Of a DNA stretch of 64,000 bases, positions 27,007 through 41,298 are shown in pieces. Under the pieces are notes generated by a model. It saw only the letters and a list, made by a program, of their open reading frames with translations, was not told the DNA's origin and did no database searches. The DNA comes from Ophelia neglecta (taxonomy: Eukaryota). Within the stretch, counting starts at the first letter, position 1. Every line of letters starts with the position of its first letter. The position numbers and the translations under genes are program-made. The DNA is taken from positions 43,400,001 through 43,464,000 of the forward strand of contig OZ260662.1 in the NCBI GenBank assembly GCA_965285935.1, given 5' to 3'.

Positions 27007-30000
27007 TTTTCTAACGCAAACAGTGACTTTATACCTTCGTAACCATTGCTTTACAAGTATGCCTGTCGCAGAGATGGCAAGCGAAACCTGCTATCCATTT
27101 ATCAAGTTGCAACCTTTTCCAGTTTACTAGAAAGTCGTTGGCCTTCACTGATTGTAAGCCATATGCAGAAAATTAAGTTGAAAATAATTTGGAATGATTT
27201 GTGTCCAATGCACAAAGAAATACAATATAATATTAGTTGTTTGAAGTTTCGAATTGGCCACTTTAAAATGAATGAAACAACTTGTTTTGTGCTTTGACTC
27301 CCATTATGGCTCACTGTAAACTCCTAACCTTTGCAAGTGTTACCAGATTTGATTCATGTATTAATACCTGGTAATGAATCATTTATAGTTATGATGTAGA
27401 GTTGGAGCTTGATGTAATATAGACATGTGCTTGTACAAATTTAATGGGTCATTACCAATGATTATAACCGATTTTGGTTCATCTACCAGGAATACTTACA
27501 TAAGGTTGAAAACTTTTATCTATTTGCAAATCACGTTCTTTCATTAAACTAGTCAGGAGTCTATTATTTATAAAAAATATCAGTCGATGGAAGTTAAAAA
27601 TTATAATACCTTTATAAGGATGTATATAATTTAAGATTCGTATTTAAAAAAAGTTATCATACTACGGTCAATAGAAAATACAATATATAAAAACAATCTC
27701 AAAATGACATACCCATAATTGTGTACATATACTGTCAGCGTAGGGGCTCTCCTCTTTATCTCGGTATATTAACTTTCATTTTAGTTCTATGAATAGTTCT
27801 CGCGGTTCACGAGGACGAAATATTGTGTAGTACAGTCCACATTTTATGTAATGTTTCGGGGCCATGATGTAGGGGAGGCATGCATGTATTTATATATTTT
27901 ACTTATAATTTGGCATTTTAGCGCTGGGAATTACTGTTTCCGAAATTGCAACTGACAGTTCCTGACAAATATGGAAACTTTATTACACAATTTTTCGCTC
28001 TTGAATTTTATTTTCTACTCGTTATCCATCCCCGTTTCTTTTGGATATTAATTTGATAAGGTGGGCTCGTTAACTGATTTGATCAAAAGAAGGAAGGAAA
28101 GGCTGGAAATTTACTATTAATAATATATAGACATCGTAGTTCACCAGAAGAATTAATCAGTTTTGCCGCGGGAACAAACTTTATTTTCCGATTACTAAAT
28201 GGTAGGTTTCCCTCATCGTATTATAATTTTATGCAGTGATCTACAGACATCGCTGGTTTCACAGCTTGGGTTGAAGCTCAAAGAACTTGCTACAGAACTC
28301 TGGAGTTAACTGTGATAATAATGCAATGACCTTGAAATATAAATGCCTATTCCAACAAGGCAAACACACCACACGTCTATGCCAATTTGGATGAATATCA
28401 CTTCGATACTTTTAACAGAGATTCACCAAAGCGGAACTATCTTCTTTAACGGCTTGGACCATACTCCAATCGAAAAAACTTATTCTAGTCTCTTAGGAAA
28501 GGGTTAGCCAGATGTGAAGAAAATCGGATGTTCGGTTTTCTCTCTTAGAGCCCTTTGTGACTCAATATTTTTGCTGTGGCATACTTCAAAAGTAATGACC
28601 GCTAAGCGATTCTCCATGTCCTTCAGCTCAGCACCAGAGGTTCTCGCAATCATCATAATATGATGCATGTCATTGATGAGGTACATTAGGACCTGTCTTC
28701 ATCACAGTGAACTTACATGACACATATACCTATAATGTCATTTTCAACAAACGCAATGCTGCCTCTTTCACTTGATAAAGAAGCACTTTAAAAAATAGGC
28801 TAGTAGTGGCAATCAGGGTAAATCCCAGCTCAAACATAATCCATAGTACTCAAGGGAGTCTGCCAAGTCGCTTAGATCAGTGCCTGCATGCATGTTTCGA
28901 TTAGAGGTCAATGTTTATGCCGAGAGGGCATGTTTGATCAGTATTTAAGGGAGGCTGTGATTTTTTGCCTTAGAATGCACGCCATATAACAATCGGTTAA
29001 ATGGTTCCTTGTGCAGTCGGCATACGACATTAACAACCAATCATGCCATGCCACCTAAAACCGTGAAAACAGTGAGACCGAATCGGTTTTACGAAAGCGG
29101 GACTCGATATATTTTCATTGCTTGAGGACAACTAACGGTAGTTGTATAACTAGTGGCTGAGTACTACATTAAGTTGTAGCCATTGGCACCTTTGACTGCT
29201 GGTAAAAATGAATTTGTGTATGGCAAGTAGCACGGGAGACACCGATTGTTATGGCTATATCCTGACCCAGTCATTACACTTCATAAGCATCCTGGGGCTG
29301 GTTGTTAAAAGATTCTTAGACTTGGACATATACTTTGTTTCCATAGTATCAGACTTAGACTTGCCCTTCTGACTGAGACTTAAATGGGTTGGTTCAAGAT
29401 TCTTAGGCTCAAGTTACGAGCTTAGAACTACAGTGCATCAAGTTTAGTTTTAAAACTTGATAGGACTATATGCTTTTATTTGTCCAATAATCCTTGTTAA
29501 TCAAGAAATTGAAAAGGGCAGCCTTCTTCAGAAGCTCGATAAGAGATAGGTTAAGACGGATCACATACAATTTAGGTTCATCTAAACAGCCCTTCCAAAA
29601 TATTGTAAACAGATTTTTCTCGCTATAGCAGAGCAAATAAACTTCTTATATTGGAGGCCTTCTAACAGTGACATTCCTTATTTGTAAGGATATGTTTAGT
29701 TAGATTGAGAAAGATACTTGTAGTTGAATAGACAGGTAGAACCGTAACATGGTTTAGCACACTCCAGTTGAACAAGGCATTGTTTCCTAAGGCGATGGCA
29801 AAACAGGGCCTCACATTCACATGAAATACGCGCGTTGCAGTTGGACAATTATTTACATTGTCAGAAACATCATGTTTTGAAGTTAACCGAAGATACCACT
29901 TTAACCAAAGAGCGAGAAAGAATATATTGACTCCAGGAAGCATTTTGCAACTACAAACTATTTATTCCAAGAAGAAGATACAAATGCTTTATAAATATGC

Positions 30001-30739
30001 AGTGCCTCCCCATCCCCCTACCCCTCACTACGTCCAACGCTTCCCTTTATAAAGGCTTTTGAAATATGTTGCATTTATATATCCACATACAATGTATATA
30101 TACCCCCCCCCCTCCTTCCCACAGCACCCGCCATGCATGCATGTCATCATGTTATGATTAATGTTTGATGAGTGCTGTGTGTTGTTGAACAATACATTTG
30201 AGCTAAGTGGAGGCAGAATAATTATCCAATCTGTCTCACTTGGTGACAATTAAGCCTAACCGTGACCTGGTGGTACCGGGATGAGATCTCTTTTGTGCCA
30301 ACACCTGAAAATTAACATGTGGGAGGGGGGGGGGAGGGGGTATTTGCCATGTTTGTTTAGAAGGTATAACCCGTCTTGCCATGGGTTTCCAGCTAATATA
30401 TATTATGTGTATTGTGGCTACCCCCCCCCCCCCCCCACTCCTAACTGATAGGGAACTCGCTCTCCGTGTGAAATTAATTCGTAGAAACGCTTTCAAAAGT
30501 AAAGATGATTCTAATATGTTATGACCACAAATGTATAAGTCGTGACACGAGCATACAATGCTAACGACCTTTATCTCAGAACAATAAATTTACCTAAAAA
30601 AGACATGGAACCTCATCGCAAACTGTCATTTCACTATGACACAAGGTGTGACTAGGCGACATGTGAAATATATATTACTCTTGTCCAATCCAAAATTATC
30701 CTCACCGTGATTTATGAATCTCTTGAAGCAGGTGAGAAA

Positions 30740-31060
30740 ATTCGACTAACGGGTACTTTTAGGTCACTTTATAATGAAAGCCTCTCTGAGTGGGCAAGGG
30801 TTCCTGGTTATGCGTTTTTTGAGGCAACCAATAATTTCATATGAATATTTAAAAAAGCTCTCGAGAACAAATTGTACACTAAATAGGGTAAACCTACAGG
30901 CACAAGTGTATTTGAAACTTCTTACGTCTATGTTTAGTTCACAACACAATCGATTTGACATAAACAGTCCTTTGGGAGACAAATTAATCAGATATGAAGG
31001 AGTTAAACAAGGGATTCCTGAACTATCAACTTGGCCAGTAATATAAATATCAGTCTCACG
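30740..31060 (+). mobile_element. Old non-LTR RT fragment
   Basis: A FKKAL-like remnant is followed by LKLLTSMFSSQHNRFDINSPLGDKLIRYEGVKQG (ORF 30774..31046), matching RT subdomains up to the GVxQG motif. Confidence 0.55.
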
Positions 31061-33449
31061 GTGAGAAAAGCACGAAATAGTTGAATTATTATCTACCAAA
31101 TAAGGACGTCTAGGCCCTATATATTAATGGGGGTACATAGCAAGAAAAAAGGCACTGAAGATAACAGGAGTATTAATTTTGGTCTAATTACCCCCCAACA
31201 CCGCCCTCACAAAACCACCCCGCCTACCGGCCAATATATATTAGATTGTGAGAGTAAGCCTCGCTCTGATTGAAGCAACTCCATAATTCATGAAATGTGA
31301 AAGGTGGCTTCTCTAGGGTGCACTCGGATTATGGGGACAGTCGGTACTGTCAATGGGGTATGTGGTTCATTTCTAACACTGCTTTAATCAACTGAGGTGT
31401 AAACCCGTCTCTTCACTTCAGACAGGATACTCGACTGCACAAGTAAAATATTGGGAATTTTTATTTAGATATTCAAGCCATAGTGTGCACCTGCATGATA
31501 AAGGTTACAAAAAAATTCCAAAGGCAACATTTAATATTTCAGTTGCCCTATATGACATGTGTAATACAGTAGGAACATCATGTAAAGATTATTTCATTGT
31601 AGATTTCCCAAAACCTAGATAGCCCCTGTAGGATGCACGTATCTGAATAATGCATTGACAGCTATTTCCCCAACACATTAGGCTAATTAGACGGGCGCTT
31701 GGTTGTAGCCTAGCCATTTTAGCCCGTCAAATGGTGACAGAAGTCATGGAGCCATGTTTAATAAGCTAGTCTGTGCGTCTAGCGGCTTTAAAATACAACA
31801 CAGACATGCAGTAGGTCGATGACAAACCATTAACACCGGTAACTTAACTAGCGGAAAAAAACGTTTCTTCTCTAAAGTAACTTTAAATCATCGTTTCACG
31901 AGACGCCCTTATTACCTGGTCGAACATACTCGCCTTTTCTTGTATTCCATGTACATTTCAAAGTCACTATATACGAATTAACATTGCCTAGTCTTATTTT
32001 TGCTTAAAGACGAGTCCAGCATTCAACAGGAGTCTAACTACTTTTTCTTAAAAAATTCCCAATAATTGAACCTTTTATATCAACAGATAATAGATGGTTA
32101 AACTTGGCGTACATAAAAAAGAAATAATTTGGGTTCCAAAATTAGCCAGCAGGTTTTTAAATATCATCTCCTATTTTAAGGTTTGTAGCAAGTTATAGAT
32201 ATTTATATGAGTATAATAGTTCTACTTGTTATATAATATAAATCATTAAACAGTTCACCATATTTTATACACGAAAAGCAATTAAAGATAATATGGTGTA
32301 CACATAAAAGCACTACCAATTCTGATCATCCATTCTTTCCTTTGGAAACCACGGCTTACAGCATTTTATGCAATTCCCGAATAATTATCAGTGTCCAATA
32401 TTCAATTTTCGCAAACTTTGCAATAAAAGAAGGAAACATTTACCTGGATACTAAAAACCAGTTGATCATTGCCTGTCTTTAATCCTCACAATAAACATAT
32501 GTGCCTTCACAACTATATCGTGTTCTACAGCAAGCATACGAAAACTGTTAACAATGAGATCAGAAAATAACTGTTTGTTTTATTCTGGGAAACGAGAGGT
32601 CTTGTCGACCTGGGAAAAAGTGTTGTTGCTTTTTGGCGATTCACGTCACGTCAAGTCAACAACGTAACCGAGCAGGAACGACGGGAAATGAGACGGGATG
32701 GAAATCAAAGCCTCCCTGTTTTTGAGGCATAATTCACTAACATTAAGGTGATAGCATATCTGGTTGTTGAAATGAATGCACTTTGAGTGCATTGATTCCA
32801 GAGGTCTGTGCTATAAACATTGACACAATAGTCTGTATAAATACATATACCGCAAACACAAGTTTTTCCCCCAGGAAGCAGAGCCCGACTGTTCAAGAAG
32901 CTTCTAGGTTCCGTTCCATTTTGCGAGCCAAAGGAAATGTGTTTTCCTGTTGGAACTGCAATTATATTTAATTTAATTTTTTTTTTTTTTTTTTTTCATA
33001 ATCATTATTCTTATTTTCTGTCCTAAATATAAACCTCAAAATAATGTCAAAAATTCTCCATGGCTTTTCATTATAAAAAATTGTTGGCCGTCATTCCAAT
33101 TCAATCATTCTCTGCTGAATGATTTGTTGCATAGATGTTGATTCCTTCCGTTCGGGTTGGAATACTACGTCCTTAGCTTAATGAAGCAATTATCAGACTC
33201 CGTAAGTTGGTTCCTTATTCGTTCTACCACTCTGTGATGATATCTCGGGGTTGTTATTGGCTTCTATAGCTATACCACGAACGAGGTTTTCACTTGCTCA
33301 GTGATGTGGTTTCCAGATAACCTAGAAACAAATGATTTCTAAATATGTTCTGTGACACATAAAACGCACCATATCATCACTTATCTCTATTCCATGGCAT
33401 TGGTGCAACGTTTTGTATATGGCTTCATAGCGGCAATTGTGTTGGCCAT

Positions 33450-34900
33450 AACGTAGAAAAGGTGTAGCTTTTCACCAGGTTGGCCCTAGTACGATGAACA
33501 TAGACTGGTACAAGGTCGATTTCCTCATTGCACATGAATTTTTATGAAGGCTATACTTTCCCAGCTCGACAGTCTGCCTATCTAGTGCCCATTCGATTAA
33601 ACAGTTTTCAAACATGGTGCCTACAAAACCTGGGTAAAAATTAGTGAGTTTGGATTCTGAAAGATGAGTATAAATCATCGCCCTATCATTCCCATTCGCT
33701 GATTTGTTTTCTTTAAGTTGGCAGTTTGGTGTTATTCCGCTTTACGTTGATTCTGATTCAGATAGGTTGATTAGAGATGTCACTCCCAAATCGTTTTCGA
33801 GCAAAATCTGATCCAGCTAGTGCATGAAGGCAGTAGGTGGTATTTTGTGGCATTACGACACAAGTTCAGCATTGAACCTCAACAATAGACCAACACGCAA
33901 ATTCAGTCAGATGGTCTTGAAAAATCTTGTTCGTTTTAATTGTTCCCGTTGTGATTTTTATGACCTGCAAATAAATTTTTATGTTAATGGCAGTAAAGTC
34001 CGGGATGCCATTCGAATATATATAAAATAGAAGCGGTCAACAATAGAGCTCTGAGGCACCCCACTGGCTATATTTGCCAATCTGAACTGCCGTTTGGCAT
34101 TGATGACATTGGATTCTACAACCAACAGAGTTTCATGTGAAATGTCTGAAATAAGGAAAACCATTTTCGTGTTCCGCAGATTGTCTGCCGCCAAAAGTTC
34201 CTCATAATACGCTAAGCTTTGGAGTGTCGCATTGGTCGCTCTTTCTTCCAAAAATGAGCAAATATGTGGAATGACTAGGATTTTTGACCAGCGGGCCTGA
34301 ATTCTATTGTTTCTTGACCGGAGGACTCCTGGGTTATGGTTGGTGAATGTAGTCCGGGGCCCTTCCAGCAGGGGACTCCCATAACATGTACACCGGGTCT
34401 TAAGAACTGAAACAATCATTAGACGTCGGTCTCCAATAAACGCCGGAACTACCATGATTATTAGCTGATTTGTTCGTTAGCCATACATTAGGTGGGATTT
34501 TATTTTTTCGTTGGTTAGAAATGTAGGTTATTCCAACCTTTGGCTATGCCTAGAATTCATGCATGCTTTCGTACTTTTCCTTCCAATAAACGGGCTTTCG
34601 GCTCTAGGTATATGGGCTAGATGGCCCCATTAAGAAACCGTACCTTCAAAGGCTTCCATACCTCACCAATAACTCTCTCTTTCCTGTTATTCGTTTCTTA
34701 TTCCAATCGCACATAGTCTCTCTCATTTCCCATCATTTTTCCTGTAGAATGATGACCATTAATTTAATGTTCATGTGGATACATCGCTGGTGGAATAGAT
34801 TAAACAGGACACGAGCAGCTGATAACGACTCTAGCCTTGCCATTTGGAGACATCTAACTCAAATAATACCCAACGTAATGTTCCGTCTTTGTTAAAGAGA
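33450..34900 (-). mobile_element. Old CR1-like LINE RT fragment
   Basis: ASGVPQSSIV in ORF 33979..34455 resembles SGVPQGSIL. It is followed by degenerate LFAGH (cf. LFADD), FQDHLTEFACWS..LRFNAE, ENDLGV and MFENCLIEW. Upstream boundary approximate. Confidence 0.65.
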
Positions 34901-37659
34901 CCTCATAACCAACACTATCGAGTAAGGTTTATATATAATACTATCCGCCACTGCTAAGTAGTTCTCTCATTTTACATGAAATGCTTGTAGTATAGCCGCC
35001 ATTCCATCTTTGGTTTGAAAATAATTCTTTTATGTAATCAGAATAGGTCGATATTAAAGGAAAGAGGATTATACGTTGAATGAAGGTAGAAAACCAGTTT
35101 CCACTTGTTTATAATTTACCACTGTAATGCATGCTATAGGCATATCGTAAATAATTTACCAATAAAGCTGGGGAATAACTATAGGCTAAATTGCGTATAA
35201 GTTATTTAGAAAAAACGCTTTGAGACTAGAATACCGGCTAGCGTTGATTTCGTTACAAGTTCTGGGGATACCATTAGAAAAAGGGTGGTAAGACACGGAA
35301 AGATACTACTTCTACAATAACGTCACGCATTACACACTTTTTCCAACTCTATAGGGAAGTAGGGTTAATAACATTTATAATATGAAACCGATATATCACT
35401 ATGCAGCTTATTCACCAGCTGTGGTAGCAATTTCAAAAACATAATTGAGACTTGTCGCTAGGCCTTTTGATGAAAATACAAACCTATCAAACAAAAACAA
35501 CATCAGGAACAAACGGTCCGAGTATGTGTTAAAACATTGGCAACGAGAACCGTCACATGACCCGAGGAGAGGCATTTATCGTATTTGACTCTCCTCCACC
35601 CTGACAAAAAAAAATTATTGGATTTCACAAATCCTTAAGGCGAGTGTTATAGGCCTACTTGGTTAAATTGGTGGAGTATCTAACCGTAAAATTTGGAAAA
35701 TGCCCGTTTTAACATGTAGAGTTGGTATCCCTGGGTCAGTATAAAGGCCACACGTCCTCATGTGCTGGGGAAATGGGAATATTGCTATAAACGACTTGGA
35801 AGTTAACTATTGAAAAATCGAAATTATATCTTTTGCTATAAGACATGAACTTAAAGGCCACTTTGGCCTTGAAAGAAAAAGTTCAAGCATGAACAACCAT
35901 TGGAGCTGTCAGTGGCATCTTTAAATTCTATACATGGTGAATAGATTTTACTCGTGGTTGTCTGAAGTATTTGTTATTAAGCGAAATTAAATCATCTGAA
36001 TTTCTAAATGAAGGAGAAAATTACCTGGATATGTGCTACTTCCCACGCTTCAGCTACTTAGCAATAGAATCATATTCATAAATGAATAAATCCAATTCTG
36101 CACCCAAAGGAGCCCAGATGATTGCCATTGGAACTGTCCACATCCTGCCGCTTAACCCATCCATATCCTACTTGTACGTCAATAGCCTCGATCATGTATA
36201 ATATAGCGGATTTCTTCCTGCGAGATTCTCTTCTGGTCCCTGTATTTAAGACATTTTGAAATGTGACGGCCTATTATTTGCGCTTTTTCGAAGATCATAG
36301 ACTGGCCTATGAAGGATTTAAGTGCTAAGACCCTTATAGGCCTACTGGACAGCGCACTCACTAAAAGTTATTAGATACATGTAAATAGTGTCCTTGGTTT
36401 GACAACTAATAGCGACAGACTGTTTTATTTTCAATATTTCCTATGATAATGTCACGTACATGATCGAAGTCGTCACTTACATTATAAAGACCAGACTTGG
36501 GTACGGTCGCATGGTTCTAGCTGGGTTACCATTATAACCATTGTGAGATGTATGATCGATTCCCGTTTTTATGATTTCATTAACAGTTTTTGAGGTAATA
36601 CCAAAGACCCTCATTTCCCCTATACTAGCCTTTTCTGAAAATTTTTTTTACATGAGCGATTAAACCGATACTCCCGGTTTTGTTGGTTCTATCAATCTTA
36701 CCAAAAAGACATCCCTGTCATTTACAAAGTGGTAATTTTGGCGAACCACCTGACTTTTTATCATTGAAAGATGCCTAATGCATTCGCAAGCAGTAGCAAA
36801 ATCAATTTCATCGGAAAACCATTGAGGCAAGAGGTCTAGGCCTATCTGTCAACATAGAGGCGTCGATCATCTGCTTAAATTTTCCTAAGAACACGAATTA
36901 ATTCATACTGTGCCTTTTTTTGCGTAGAAAAATATCAACCGCTGAACGAAGCCGCCCATCATTGGCCTAAACCATAAACGATGTGGCGATAACGGATCTG
37001 CAGAAAAATACTTACACCATGCAGTTTGTAAAAGCTTTTACTCTTGCATACAATATATAAAGAAACAATTTAAAAAAAAAGAGAAAATACTTTACAGGTT
37101 TTAAATAGGCACTTAATCTTTATCAGGCCTATCGTTTACAAGAGGCCAATACGTTGAGGTCAGTTCTACGCAGTGACGTACTAAATGAAAGAAGAAAAAA
37201 AACATTTTGAGTGATAGCTAATAAATATCCCATTTCAATTAGGCTCAGAATATTGTATACAGATGCTACCAAGGCTGATAGCCAAACAAAGCGGATTCGT
37301 TTTTCGATGGTTTTCCATCATCCACACGCCCTATGAGAGGTCATCATGGGCTTCTAGCTCCAAAGGAAAAATGCAATCGATCAAGTTTTCAATCATTAGT
37401 GTCCTGTATTTTGTATATTGTTATGGTGGCCATGAAGATTGAATGGAGGAGCATCGGGGGGGGGGGGGGTCGTGGCGGTTTTGTTGGTGTCCAACGGACT
37501 CATACAGGGCAAACACAACATTAACCTTCGCTACCGCAAGTCGTCATTTTGACTACTTTCAAAGGTGTTAAGGCCTAAGTCTGCGAAAACCTAATAAAGA
37601 ACAAAACCAAAAGACAAGCTAATCTTTGTTTCAACATAAACAAAGATCAAAGACTGATA

Positions 37660-39360
37660 TTAGAAAAGGCGAAGATGGATTAATCAAGATTAATTTCTAG
37701 TACATCCATCTTTTTATCTTTTTAAGAAGGTTTTTTCTTACACTGTGAAAATGGTTGTGGTTAACTTTTATACTGAAAATTATTAACCAAATATAAACAT
37801 TAAGTTTTCTATCGTGCTTTGTAAAGTTGTCCGCTGTATGTCAAAGCTTGCGGTTTTTCTAAGAAGTTATTTTTTATATCTGACCTGCTCCCCTAAGTGA
37901 CCTATTTACCTTCAATAACATACTGCATAACTACGGCTTCGGGACTTGGCAGACTGTCTTGTTACACATACTCTCTCCATCCTGTTGTATCCATTAACGT
38001 AATTGCGTAATCAAGTCGTATTGTGCCACAACGTTCATTTTATGATCTGACTATTTTTTACCTTGATCATTTGTACATTTCGTGGATGTAAAAAAGCGTT
38101 CCCCGTTTTTTTCAAAGCTGTTTCTCCAGTTGAAAAAAATATATATATACATATGACTTTACATGATAAATATCCGAATAAAAAGCTCACGAACGTCCAA
38201 TTGAGCACTATTATTTGTCATTAGGAGTCTTAATGGCACACCCATGTATTGCCGTGAATTATTGAACGTGCAAAAGAGGCATGGCAAGAGGCATATATGC
38301 GCCCTAAACATATATAAGTATATATCAGATTCCCTTTTATTCCAATAAGGCGTTCGTTGGTGCTAAATTGCAGACGACTTTGAGGAGGGCAATGGTCACT
38401 GGAGGGTAAGGGGTTCTAATGTTTCATTTCCATTTTAAGGCGGCAATTTAAGGAAAGGACGCGCAGCCCTCCAGCGAACCATTGAAGGAAGCTGAGCATC
38501 GTAAAGAAAGAAAACAAGAATTTACGGCTTCTCATTTGCTCCTAGTCCTACTATTTAGATGCGTCTTGCGATCGGACATCGTTAGACTGGTCCTGTCTAT
38601 TGCCTTTCAGTCCCGCAGGTATATACTTGAATTGACAAGCATCACTACTGGATTTTAACAAATATCGGATTCACGGACGCCAGCTGAATATAAATTATTG
38701 TGGTTGCCTGATTTAGCTTGAAGTCAGGCCAAATCACAGATGTATTAATCAGCAGTGAATACACTTACCCAGCTATCTTAGACAGTGTAGTATCATGGAG
38801 GTTTGGACTGAAGCTTTAGACATTAGTAAAACAGTTAATCGGGAAAAGGAAGAGTGCCTGTATGTTAAAAGGGCGGGGTGTGAATGGTAACGCCAAGAAA
38901 CTGCCTCTATAGAACCAAATGGATCTATGGTCAAACAAGAATTTGGACTGTTTTACCTGTAACGTTGATCGTGATTTCTCTGTAACACATCTAAAACAAA
39001 AACACTGAGATGCGCGAACCGACATAACGAAGAGAGAAGGTGGATTACTTAAGTTTGATTTCTAGTATAATCACTATTTTTTTTCTATTTAAGACCGTAT
39101 TTTTTCCTAACATTGTGCAAATGGCTATGGTTAAGCTTTATATTGACAATTATTTTGAACAATAAATTTTGTATGCTGCTTTGTTATGTTGTCCGCTTCA
39201 TGTCAATGCTGACCGTCCGTCTTAGGAAGTTTAAGTTCGCTTACCTGCTCCCCTATGTGACCTATTTACCTTCAATAACAGTCTGTGTTACTACGGGACT
39301 AGACAGACTGTCCTGTTGAACATCCCCCCCCCCCCACCCCCACCCTGTTGTGTCCAATCT
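37660..39360. repeat. Old local direct duplication of ~330 bp (37660-37995 vs 39030-39360)
   Basis: The two copies align throughout; a 38-bp core (37883-37920 vs 39243-39280) has only one mismatch. Confidence 0.85.
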
Positions 39361-41228
39361 TGTCCATCGCCTCTGCTACCTCGCCAATGCATGTAGTTCC
39401 CAGTATTGTTGAACGGTAGGGTTAGTAAGGCCCTGTTGTGCAGTATCTTATTGCTTTCCCTTTCTGATGAGAATCATTCTTCAACGCTTAGTAAAGAGAC
39501 GATGACGGATAGCTTGTATATGATATAAGGTATCTTTAAAGGAGAGCTAATCGGTCATACTGTCGTTATCGAGCATGTGGTATAAATGAAGTCTCCATGG
39601 GTACACTTGAAGACATCTCAGGTTCATCAATGTAGACAGCGGTATTTTGCAAAATAATATGAATTGTTGTCAGTCACCTAGAAAATGGATAGCCTGCAGC
39701 AAACCATCTGCAAAGCAATGACAAATCATCAGACAGTAACTGTGAAGCTCTGTCAAGAAACCAGAAGGCGAAAAGCGCCGCTGGTCCAATAGGAATATGC
39801 AGGATTAATGCGAATGTTATATCATTTTTAGTATTTGCATAATCGACAGGTAGTAAAGAACTGTTTCACCTTCATATAAACTTAAAAATAAACAGTACAT
39901 TCAAATGTGATATTTCAGAGTAATATTACAAAAGCAATGATCAAAGATATTTGATAATGCTCCTTTCAGTATTAAATCAGATCATATTAATTCCCCTATA
40001 TCATTTTAAAATTTATCAGCTAAGAACTCGGTTTTTAACGTAGATGGCAAACTATTTGCTGATGGGAAATCTTGTATATTTTTTCTGCCAATTATGTTAT
40101 GGATCTTCTACAAAACAAACTAGTTGCCTCACCTCTCTGCACATGTCAGTGGCCAATAGGAAGTGCATATTTCATGGCGAGATCTGGCCATAAGAAGGAG
40201 TATGAAATGGAAAAGAGGGTTATCAATTGCCCGGATTCTCCAGGATGTCCACAACGTAATGGACCACTACAAAAATAACACCTGAGCTGAGAGTTATCCA
40301 GGATATATCTTAAAAAGATTGATTGTTAAATAGTTACCATAGTTAAATATAGGATAAAGTAAAATAAAGTGAAACGCTGTAGATATATTTGTATTCAAAG
40401 AGGGCCTTGAAGTACAAGTTATTTGCACCTTATCGAAAAAGTAAACGACTTGAAAGAAAGCAGACTCGGATTGGTTCATCATGCAACTGTGGGCCTAAGG
40501 ATGGGAACTATCTTTCAACTCATATTATATATTGAGGAGTATTTTTATTTTCTAATTACCGCGCGGGAATAGCCGCTGCTATCTTGTTAACTGACTTCTA
40601 AAACAAGTTGTTTGTTGTCGTGAGTGCTGAAATAGAGTTTCCTCATTGGGTAATATACGGTAATTCTTCGTGAATTTCACGGTGATTAATGCTTATTCTT
40701 TTGTCAAGCGGAAAAGATCAGTCTGCTCACGGGCCAGCTGTAGGTGTTTGTATCTGACGTGCTATTCTAATCACATTTCCTTGGACTAATTTGGAAACAC
40801 CACGCATAAAAGTTGCCATTGAATGCTCAATGTTTCCAGATGAAGATGGTAGACCGCCCAGCAATTGTCGAGCTCGAGTGTTAGGTCTATGTCAAGCAGG
40901 ATATTACGAGAACTGAAAATTTTCTTAAATAAATAACAGTTAAAAACTGCCGCCGATCACATGACTCTTAACTGCAAAGTCAGCCGAGAACCGAACATTA
41001 ATAGTTAGTTGCACAAAATTACTTGATTTTCTTATTAGTCAATAAGTCTTTGAGTCTGAGAGTAGTTGCTAGCAATTATTACAGAACTCTGGCCGACGGT
41101 GGGGATGTCTTATGCGGACCTGATAAAAAATATGAATGTTATGAAGGAAGGGGTCGTATCGAGGAGCAGAAGAAGAAACTCATTTGTGGAGTGAAGCCAG
41201 GTACGAAAAATTTAATTTAAAAAAAAAA

Positions 41229-41298
41229 CGGTCAGGATTTTACGCGTACGGAATTTTGCGCTTTTGAGTTTTGTGCGTTCGGAATTTTGGACCATACG
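41229..41298. repeat. Short 15-16-bp degenerate tandem array (CGGAATTTTG core)
   Basis: Four units: CAGGATTTTACGCGT, ACGGAATTTTGCGCTT, TTGAGTTTTGTGCGTT, CGGAATTTTGGACC. Probably a mini-transposon remnant. Confidence 0.55.

Larger units (their letters stand above)
22381..27030 (-). mobile_element. Two-ORF non-LTR retrotransposon (LINE, APE-type), probably 5'-truncated, mildly decayed; clade unresolved
   Basis: Collinear minus-strand ORF pieces give ORF1, then APE endonuclease, RT and a CCHC knuckle, followed by a short 3' UTR and a (TAAA)n tail (plus strand tatttatttatttatttattt, 22381-22401). No TSD was identified and the 5' boundary is approximate. Confidence 0.95.

Noticed and set aside
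22718-27130. Plus-strand ORFs over the LINE (e.g. 23915..24247, 24235..24576, 26314..26685)
   Set aside because: These are antisense shadows of the minus-strand retrotransposon coding sequence.
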